Positions 57,329-64,000 of a stretch of DNA of 64,000 nt are shown piece by piece (the first letter of the stretch is position 1; each line of letters starts with the position of its first letter). Location of the stretch: contig QCMT01000001.1 of NCBI GenBank assembly GCA_003213625.1, positions 369,568-433,567 on the forward strand. Direction: 5' to 3'. A model generated the notes under the pieces. That model was not told where the DNA came from, did no database searches, and saw only the letters and a program-made list of their open reading frames with translations. Source of the DNA: OCS155 cluster bacterium AG-422-J23. Its GTDB lineage: Bacteria; Actinomycetota; Acidimicrobiia; Actinomarinales; Actinomarinaceae. The translations under genes were made by a program, and so were the position numbers.

Positions 57329-58630
57329 TTATCCACCAGCAATGGCATCTCTAACTTGCTGAGCAGCTAATTTCATAGCGTCAGCGGCTGAATCAACAGT
57401 TACTCCTGTATCTTCATTAGTACCATAATTCTGATCTCTAATAATTAAAAGAGCATCTCCGACTGGTCCCCATACGCTTCCCATTTCTGGAATGTTAGGC
57501 ATTGGGATTCCATTTGATGCACTTGCTGCAAACTGTGCTGCAATTGGATCTTCTTTTTCAACAATTGCAAACAATGATTTTGTTGCAGGTAGTCTTGGAT
57601 CTTCAGCATACATAGCAGCTTGAACATCTACAGTAGCAAAAAAGTCAAGTATAAAGCTTTGTGCTAATACTTTCTTTTCGCTAAATGATGATATAAACAT
57701 ACCTCTAACACCAACGAATGGAGTTGCGGCATTGCCACCAAATGTAGGAATTAATCCAACACCATAATTAACAGCAGCGGCATCGTTTCTAGCCCAAGGA
57801 CCTGTCATCCAAAACAAAGATCTGCCTTCTTGAAAAGCAGACATAGATGCACCATAGTCAGTCGCTGCGACTGTACCATTTTTAACTAATGAATCTAGAA
57901 ACTCTGCAGACGCTAATGCGCTAGCATTGTCTAATCCAACATCAGAAGGATCAAATCCTCCATCAAATTTAAAAATGTATCCACCATCAGACTGAACAAA
58001 TGGAATATTGTGGTAAGCGTCTCCGCCTCCACCACCACCTGGTGCACCCACACAGAGTTCAGTACCTGCAGCATCACAAGCTGCTTTTACTTCTTCCCAT
58101 GTTGATGGAACACCATCGACTAAATCTGAGTTGTAAAACATTGCTATAGCTTCTGTTGCATATGGGAATCCATAAACTTCTCCACCATAACTAAATGCTG
58201 AGATACCAACGTCAAAAATATCTGATTGAATTGAACCAAGATCAATTGGAGCAACAACACCATTAGTGACAACTTCACCAACCATGTCATGTGGTCCAAT
58301 AAAAAGGTCTGGTCCTTCGCCAGCAGGTCCTGCTGTAAGTACATCATCCTTAATTGATCCAAAATCATAAATTACCACTTCAACATCAACTCCAGCTGCA
58401 GATTCATATGCACCTACAAGAGGATCTAAAGCAACGGCAATTTTTTCTTCAGCCCAAATTAACAACTTTTCCGGTGGTGGAGAAGTTGTTGCAGGGGCTG
58501 CAAGTGTTTCAGCTGGTGCTTCTTCAACTGCTGGCTCTTCAACTGTTTCTTCAGTTGAACCGCCACAGGCTACTAACACCAGTGAAAGAATTAATAAAAT
58601 TGCACCAAATCGCAATTTTGTATTATTCAT
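57329..58630 (-). CDS. Sugar (maltose/trehalose-type) ABC transporter substrate-binding lipoprotein
   Basis: Lipobox LVLVACGGS plus a P/A/E/T-rich linker. MalE/ThuE-like family. Confidence 0.85.
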   Translation of the reverse strand: MNNTKLRFGAILLILSLVLVACGGSTEETVEEPAVEEAPAETLAAPATTSPPPEKLLIWAEEKIAVALDPLVGAYESAAGVDVEVVIYDFGSIKDDVLTAGPAGEGPDLFIGPHDMVGEVVTNGVVAPIDLGSIQSDIFDVGISAFSYGGEVYGFPYATEAIAMFYNSDLVDGVPSTWEEVKAACDAAGTELCVGAPGGGGGGDAYHNIPFVQSDGGYIFKFDGGFDPSDVGLDNASALASAEFLDSLVKNGTVAATDYGASMSAFQEGRSLFWMTGPWARNDAAAVNYGVGLIPTFGGNAATPFVGVRGMFISSFSEKKVLAQSFILDFFATVDVQAAMYAEDPRLPATKSLFAIVEKEDPIAAQFAASASNGIPMPNIPEMGSVWGPVGDALLIIRDQNYGTNEDTGVTVDSAADAMKLAAQQVRDAIAGG

Positions 58631-58689
58631 ACACTCCCTTTCTTAATATACGTATATTCACAAAATGAACTATTTGAATTATATGATTT

Positions 58690-58709
58690 AATTAGAAAAA
58701 TTTCTAATT
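58690..58709. promoter_or_regulatory. Inverted repeat aattagaaa-aa-tttctaatt in the SBP promoter region
   Basis: Perfect 9-bp arms, 60-80 nt upstream of the SBP start. Operator-like. Confidence 0.3.
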
Positions 58710-58720
58710 GATTGAAAAAT

Positions 58721-60652
58721 TTAGCTCTCTTTAATTATGAGCCCATAATTATCTGCTATATCTGTAATTTTCAATTTACCTGAATCAAGTTCAATAGTGC
58801 AATCACCATAGACCATATCGACACTATGAGCATTTGTATTTAATTCTATGTCTTTGTTGTTAAGGTCCCTATTTACGATACACAAAAGTGACTCATCATT
58901 TAAAACTCTTCTGAAAATGACATAGTTATCATCATAAGTAACCATTTCAAAGTTGCCATATCTTAGAATTGGTTGACTTGTTTTTATATTCATTAGTTCA
59001 CTTGTAAACTTTAAAAGGTCTTTATTCCATTTATCTTCCGATTCCCAAGGAAATGGCTCTCTATTAAATGGGTCATCTGCTCCTCCCAGCCCAATTTCAT
59101 CACCATAGTAAATTCCAGCTATACCTGGGAAAGTTGCCTGAAGGAATACAGCTCCAAACATGCCGTCAGTATTTGCTCCACAACGATTAAGGAATCTTTT
59201 CACATCGTGTGAACTTAGTAGATTTTGACATGAAGATAAGGCCTCAAAAGAGTACATCGAATATAAGTTGGAGAGAGAGTTTGCGAACTCTTTGTTATCA
59301 ATTCTTTTCGTAGCAAAATAGTCTGTCATAGTCTCTCTAAATGAATAGTTCATTGTTCCATCAAATCTCTCTCCCTGAAGCCATTGTGAAGTATCTCCAA
59401 ATATTTCTGAAATAAGCAATATATCTTTTTTTGCACTATAAGCAACGTCTCTAAAATCTTTCCAAAATGAAAAATCTAGCTCTTTCGCAACATCCATTCG
59501 CCAACCATCTATATCAAAATTTTTAATCCAGTGTTCTGTAACATCCAGTGCCCACTGCCTAGCACCATCATTTTTGAAGTTTATTTTTGGCATATCGGGA
59601 ACACCCCACCATGCTTTGAATGTTGGTTCTATAATTGGTCCATCATCATCAACAACTTCAACGGGAACTTTTGTTTCTTTAAAAGTCTTTTCAAGGTATG
59701 TCTTATATTCTTCAGCATTACCATCCCATCCTACTTTGTGAGTATTCGCGTATAAGTGTGGTCTATGTAAAAACCGGACCGGATAGTCAAATACGGTAAA
59801 CCAGTCTTTATATTCTGATTTTTCCCCTTTTTCTACTATATCTTGAAAGGCAAAGTGTCTTGGATGCACATGATTTAAAGAGCAATCTAATACAACTTTT
59901 ATATCCCTACTGTGAGCTTCTTTGATAAGAACTTTTAATGCCTCGTCACCTCCAAAAGTGTCGTCGACTTTAAAATGATCCCAAGCATCATATTTATGGG
60001 TACTTGATGATAAAAATATAGGATTTAAATAAATTATATTTACACCTAAATCTTTGATGTAGTCTATTTTTTCTGTGACTCCATAAAGATCTCCACCGTG
60101 AAAACCTAATCTAGTTGGAGTACTTTCCCAAGGAATAGAATTTTCAGGAGTAATTTCATCATTTCCATTCCTAAATCTTTCAGGAAATATCTGATACATG
60201 ACACCTCCATAAACCCAATCAGGGATGGTGTGTCGAGGAAAGTCCTCTGAGCTATAAATCCATTTTTCTGAAGGAGAAATAAAATTAGCTACCCCACTTG
60301 TTCCAAAATAAATATTTAACTCATCTTCTGTTTGAGCTGCAAAACTAAACTTTGAGACTGTAGTTCTAAAATTAAAATTTAAATTCCAAAACTTAAATCT
60401 ATCTGTTTCAGCATACATATCAAGCTCTAATGGTCTTAAATCATCATCCTCAACTAAAAGCCAGACCTTTGCTATCTTTGGCTCACTGTGGATTCTAAGA
60501 TTTACGGTACCGTCTGCTGAAATTGAGAAAAACTTTTTATCGTTAAAATCAAAACGAAAATCATAATGGCCTAGATGTACATCACCCTCAAAAAATTCGA
60601 GCTTTTGTGCTTCATCTTTATCTGTAAATTCAACTGAGTGTCTTTCAACCAT
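58721..60652 (-). CDS. GH13 alpha-amylase-family glycoside hydrolase (neopullulanase / alpha-glucosidase / trehalose-synthase-like, with an N-terminal N-domain)
   Basis: GH13 conserved regions (GVNIIYLNPIF; DGWRMDVA; EIFGD; NHD-like). Confidence 0.85.
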   Translation of the reverse strand: MVERHSVEFTDKDEAQKLEFFEGDVHLGHYDFRFDFNDKKFFSISADGTVNLRIHSEPKIAKVWLLVEDDDLRPLELDMYAETDRFKFWNLNFNFRTTVSKFSFAAQTEDELNIYFGTSGVANFISPSEKWIYSSEDFPRHTIPDWVYGGVMYQIFPERFRNGNDEITPENSIPWESTPTRLGFHGGDLYGVTEKIDYIKDLGVNIIYLNPIFLSSSTHKYDAWDHFKVDDTFGGDEALKVLIKEAHSRDIKVVLDCSLNHVHPRHFAFQDIVEKGEKSEYKDWFTVFDYPVRFLHRPHLYANTHKVGWDGNAEEYKTYLEKTFKETKVPVEVVDDDGPIIEPTFKAWWGVPDMPKINFKNDGARQWALDVTEHWIKNFDIDGWRMDVAKELDFSFWKDFRDVAYSAKKDILLISEIFGDTSQWLQGERFDGTMNYSFRETMTDYFATKRIDNKEFANSLSNLYSMYSFEALSSCQNLLSSHDVKRFLNRCGANTDGMFGAVFLQATFPGIAGIYYGDEIGLGGADDPFNREPFPWESEDKWNKDLLKFTSELMNIKTSQPILRYGNFEMVTYDDNYVIFRRVLNDESLLCIVNRDLNNKDIELNTNAHSVDMVYGDCTIELDSGKLKITDIADNYGLIIKES

Positions 60653-60735
60653 AAATGTATTTCCGAATAAGTATTGTACTATATACTTTAGTTGAAAGGA
60701 TTGAATTGGATATCAAAAAATCATCTGGATTAATA

Positions 60736-62244
60736 ATGCACCCAACTGCATTACCTTCAAAGTATGGAATTGGTGATTTTGGTAATACATCGAAAGAGTT
60801 TATCGATTTTCTAGAGGAAACATCTACAAATGTATGGCAGGTACTTCCATTAGGACTAACTAGCCTTGATGAATTTTCACCATATTCAAGTCCGTCATCA
60901 ATCTTGGGAAATAGATATTTAATTGATATTGAGCAATTGGATGGCTTTGATAACAAGAATTATAATGTAGAGAATTTCTCAAAAGAATACGTTGAATATA
61001 AAAAAGTATATGATTTCAAAGATTTAGTCTTTAAAGACTTATGTCAGACTATAAATCCAGATGATGAAATTTATTCAAATTTTTTAAATGAAGAATTAAT
61101 AAAACAACATATTACTTTCTTAGTATTAAAAGATCTTAACAAAACAGTATGGACTAGTTGGGATAACGAATACAAAGAATATAGTGAAAAGTTATTTGAA
61201 AAATTGTTAAAAGATGAATCTAATTTAATGAATTTTCATATTTTTACACAATATGAATTCTTTAAACAATGGAATGATTTAAAAAAATATGCCAATGATA
61301 AAAAAATAAACATTCTTGGTGATATTCCAATTTATGTAAACCATGATTCAGCAGATGTATGGTTAAATAAAGAAATTTTTGAGTTAGATCAAAGTGGTGA
61401 GATGGAGTTTATTTCTGGTGCAGTTCCTGATAGTTTTAACCAACAAGGACAGGTATGGGGTAATGCTCTATATAAATGGGATAAGCATAAATCTAGCAAC
61501 TTTAAATACTGGAAAGAAAAGTTAAACAAATCTCTAAATCTTTACGATTATTTAAGAGTTGACCATTTCGTAGGATTCTTCAAATTCTGGGCAATTCCGA
61601 AAGGAGAGTCTGCACTTAATGGACACTGGAGAGAGGGGCCTCGACATGACTTTTTTGAATCTATTTCTCAAGATGTTGATTTAACCAAATTACTAGCTGA
61701 AGATCTTGGTGTAATTCTTAAGGAAACAAAAGAGATATTAACTAAATACAACATACCTGGCATGAAGGTGCTTCAACAAAGAATACCAGATGATGTTGAG
61801 GACTTACCCTTTCTAGGAGATACAGAAGTCATAGATAAAGAATCTTTATTTGAGGAAGCTTCTGATGATTATTTTGAGGAAACTCATCCAAATGAATGGG
61901 ATTATAATCTAGCAGCCTACACAGGAACTCATGATAGTCCTACAACTCAAGAGTGGTTCGATGAAGTTAATGAGTCAAAATATAGAAATTACAAAGAATA
62001 TACCAAAACCCTAAAAAATTCTTTTAACAGTGATGTTTGGGATTTCATTGCTTTAGTTTGGGAGTCTAATTCCCAATTAGCAATTACAACAACTCAAGAT
62101 TTATTAAAACTAGATTCTAAAGCACGTTTTAATATTCCTGGAACATCAGAAAACAACTGGGTATGGAGACTGGAAGATTTGAAAAATTTAGAGCCAGTTA
62201 AGGAAGATCTTAAAACACTTAATAAATCAACAGATAGGGGTTAG
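60736..62244 (+). CDS. malQ: 4-alpha-Glucanotransferase (amylomaltase, GH77)
   Basis: N-terminal HPTALPSKYGIGDFG. Start chosen at ATG 60736, because the longer ORF would leave no room for divergent promoters. Confidence 0.85.
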   Translation: MHPTALPSKYGIGDFGNTSKEFIDFLEETSTNVWQVLPLGLTSLDEFSPYSSPSSILGNRYLIDIEQLDGFDNKNYNVENFSKEYVEYKKVYDFKDLVFKDLCQTINPDDEIYSNFLNEELIKQHITFLVLKDLNKTVWTSWDNEYKEYSEKLFEKLLKDESNLMNFHIFTQYEFFKQWNDLKKYANDKKINILGDIPIYVNHDSADVWLNKEIFELDQSGEMEFISGAVPDSFNQQGQVWGNALYKWDKHKSSNFKYWKEKLNKSLNLYDYLRVDHFVGFFKFWAIPKGESALNGHWREGPRHDFFESISQDVDLTKLLAEDLGVILKETKEILTKYNIPGMKVLQQRIPDDVEDLPFLGDTEVIDKESLFEEASDDYFEETHPNEWDYNLAAYTGTHDSPTTQEWFDEVNESKYRNYKEYTKTLKNSFNSDVWDFIALVWESNSQLAITTTQDLLKLDSKARFNIPGTSENNWVWRLEDLKNLEPVKEDLKTLNKSTDRG

Positions 62245-62528
62245 TTACTATCTCTTATATAATCAATTACGATTTGCGCTTGTTCTTCGGTTATACGAAC
62301 TGCAGGCATTGACCCTTTTCCTTTTAAAATAGTTTGAAGCCAATATGAATCTGGTTTATTAAGCACTGATGTCGTTTTAAGACTCGGTCCTACCCTACCG
62401 GAGAAATCTTCTTGGTGACAAGCAGAGCATCTAGCTGTGTAAATCTCTTTTCCAGTTGTGAGCTCTACAGTTTCTTGAGATCCGCATGCAATAAATAAAA
62501 AAAGAAACAATACGATTGCTTTTTTCAT
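62241..62528 (-). CDS. Class-I c-type cytochrome lipoprotein
   Basis: Haem-binding CSACH and lipobox LFIACGS. 95 aa. Confidence 0.7.
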   Translation of the reverse strand: MKKAIVLFLFLFIACGSQETVELTTGKEIYTARCSACHQEDFSGRVGPSLKTTSVLNKPDSYWLQTILKGKGSMPAVRITEEQAQIVIDYIRDSN

Positions 62529-62530
62529 GT

Positions 62531-62668
62531 TTATTCTTCTTCTAGGCCAGTTTTAAACTCTCTAGTTGATTTACCTAAGGATCTTGCCAAACCCGGGAGT
62601 CGCTTTGCTCCAAAAAGTAACAATAAAATTGATAAAATTATAAGTAATTCAGGTAGTCCTAATCTCAT
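62531..62668 (-). CDS. tatA: Twin-arginine translocase subunit TatA (45 aa; not in the supplied ORF track)
   Basis: Own translation of the minus strand: MRLGLPELLIILSILLLLFGAKRLPGLARSLGKSTREFKTGLEEE. TatA TM helix followed by the FGxKRLP...LG+S.+EFK amphipathic motif. Confidence 0.75.
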   Translation of the reverse strand: MRLGLPELLIILSILLLLFGAKRLPGLARSLGKSTREFKTGLEEE

Positions 62669-62687
62669 AATTTAATTTTAACTTAAT

Positions 62688-63599
62688 CTATTCTTTATTA
62701 TCTTCTAAAGATTTCTTTTGTAAAAAATTGATTATTACATATCCAAATATTGTAAAAACAAGAAAGAATATAATTTCTTCAACATTGGTAGCGTTTGGTA
62801 GTTCAGGTCTTGTTACAACGGCCTCCAATTCACCTTCACTGTTTACTCTTGATTCAAGAACATTTCTAAATGGCCATATCTTGATAAGAGAGCCAATAAG
62901 AAATCCGGAAAGTAGAGATAATATTTCATTCTTAAAATTTGCAAACATAAATGATAAAACCCTACTAAAAATAATTAAGCCTAAGATACAACCAAGAGCA
63001 AAGACTGACAAAATTTGTAAATCAAAACTTTTGATTGCATTAATAATAAATTCATACTTTGAAAGAAGTAACAATATAAACGAACCACTTATTCCTGGAA
63101 GAATAGTTGCGGTAATTGCTATAGAGCCTGATAAAAATACAAAAATAGGTGTTTCAGGAGTTGAGGCTGGAGAAAGAAATGAGATAAGTCCCGCAACAAC
63201 TACCCCTAAAAATAGGTAAACAAAATTTTTATTTGTAAGTTTTTCAACTTGACTAAGGATCATAAAGGCTGACGCAAGTACTAATCCAAAAAATAATCCC
63301 CAAATCTTATATTCATGATTTGAAAGTAAATAACTAATTAAATTAGCTAATAGAAAGACAGCAGCTGTTATTCCAAGATAAATCGTTAAAAGAAAATTAC
63401 CATTAAGTTTTTTCCAAAAGTCTTTTATTCCAGCTTTAAATAATGTTTGAAATAAAGATAAATTAATATTTTTAATTGATTCAATGAGCTCTTCATATAT
63501 ACCTGTGATAAGTGCAATAGTTCCTCCTGATACACCTGGAACAATATCTGCAGCCCCCATCGCAACACCTTTAAAGAAAAGACCAATTCTCTGTTTCAA
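62688..63599 (-). CDS. DUF368-family membrane protein (putative polyprenyl-phosphate transporter family)
   Basis: N-terminal GVAMGAADIVPGVSGGTIALITG. Polytopic. Confidence 0.8.
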   Translation of the reverse strand: MKQRIGLFFKGVAMGAADIVPGVSGGTIALITGIYEELIESIKNINLSLFQTLFKAGIKDFWKKLNGNFLLTIYLGITAAVFLLANLISYLLSNHEYKIWGLFFGLVLASAFMILSQVEKLTNKNFVYLFLGVVVAGLISFLSPASTPETPIFVFLSGSIAITATILPGISGSFILLLLSKYEFIINAIKSFDLQILSVFALGCILGLIIFSRVLSFMFANFKNEILSLLSGFLIGSLIKIWPFRNVLESRVNSEGELEAVVTRPELPNATNVEEIIFFLVFTIFGYVIINFLQKKSLEDNKE

Positions 63600-63600
63600 T

Positions 63601-64000
63601 TTAAGCCTCTGTCGATTTTGGAGAAAAAATTCTATAGAAAATTGGTGAAATTGTTGCAGTTAGTACAGCAAGCAAGATAATCTGCTGCTCCAATGCTTTT
63701 GAAATAAGTTCCAGCTCTACACCAATCTCGGCCATAGCAATAATTAAGCTAAATCTTGCAGCTAATAAAAAGCCGCCTGCAACTAATTGTCTAAATTTTA
63801 TTTTTGTAAATATAAGAAATAGTGAGGGCACAATTTTAACAATGAGTGCAATTCCTAAAAGACTCAACACCTGAATATAAAATTCTGTATTTTTAAAAAC
63901 TTCAATATCGTAATTTAGACCAATGTTTATAAAGAATATTGGAATGAGAAATCCATAGGAAAAACCTTTTAGGCTGTTTTCCAAACTTCCTCTATTTGGA
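63601..64000 (-). CDS. C-terminal part of a cation:proton antiporter-like membrane protein (partial, continues beyond the window)
   Basis: Hydrophobic multi-TM C-terminus. The reading frame is open to the window edge. Confidence 0.45.
   Translation of the reverse strand, partial: PNRGSLENSLKGFSYGFLIPIFFINIGLNYDIEVFKNTEFYIQVLSLLGIALIVKIVPSLFLIFTKIKFRQLVAGGFLLAARFSLIIAMAEIGVELELISKALEQQIILLAVLTATISPIFYRIFSPKSTEA

Noticed and set aside
57329-58630. Locally elevated GC (about 40-45% against about 30%) over the sugar SBP gene, considered as a horizontal-transfer signal
   Set aside because: Explained by protein composition (Ala/Gly/Pro-rich lipoprotein with a PAET linker) and probable high expression. 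The flanking permease genes in the same operon have normal composition.
58354-58668. A 104-aa Q/L-rich ORF on the plus strand antisense to the sugar SBP gene
   Set aside because: Artefact of the biased codon composition of the Ala/Gly/Pro-rich SBP gene. The Q/L repeat peptide has no homologue-like features.
1-64000. Search for CRISPR arrays, tRNA/rRNA genes, IS elements or integrases across the window
   Set aside because: No direct-repeat/spacer arrays, no cloverleaf-like conserved tRNA segments in any intergenic gap (the largest gaps are ~215 nt and AT-rich), and no transposase-like ORFs. Only the partial XerC/D-like gene at the left edge, which is a housekeeping-type recombinase.

Overview
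The window appears to be a chromosomal segment from a very AT-rich (about 30% GC), strongly genome-streamlined Gram-positive bacterium, most plausibly a marine actinobacterium. Four things point that way: the rpsP-KH-rimM / trmD-rplS-lepB-rnhB arrangement; a coiled-coil gene, DUF177, rpmF, plsX, rnc and smc in the order seen in mycobacteria; myo-inositol-1-phosphate synthase; and several deazaflavin (FO/F420) genes. This lineage assignment is an inference. Genes are packed extremely tightly, with many convergent pairs whose stop codons overlap. Recognisable content includes: an amino-acid ABC transporter; translation and ribosome genes (rplS, trmD, rimM, rpsP, rpmF, rpmB); FO synthase cofG/cofH; a tandem GAPDH pair; nucleoside salvage (upp, deoB, pnp, cdd); etfBA; smc, rnc, plsX, coaD, rsmD, recG; ddl-murF; gdhA; a beta-oxidation-like acyl-CoA cluster; and a trehalose/maltodextrin-type sugar uptake cluster (SBP, two permeases, thuA/thuB-like, GH13, malQ). 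At the right-hand end are tatA, a c-type cytochrome and a DUF368 membrane protein. The most unusual items are: (i) a photolyase-family protein whose FAD domain precedes the alpha/beta antenna domain (apparent circular permutation), overlapping the start of a Ddn-like deazaflavin-dependent oxidoreductase; (ii) cofG plus a cofH carrying a roughly 240-aa N-terminal extension, inserted into the rpsP-trmD ribosomal cluster; (iii) a catalytic-cysteine-less GAPDH paralogue immediately upstream of the canonical gap; (iv) a 1.1-kb islet with a Rad52/Sak-like annealing protein and an unknown partner between gdhA and dtd, near a Cas4-like nuclease; (v) a MurF whose N-terminal domain is replaced by a polytopic membrane anchor; and (vi) an 882-aa SMC with no hinge signature. 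No CRISPR array, rRNA or tRNA was found.
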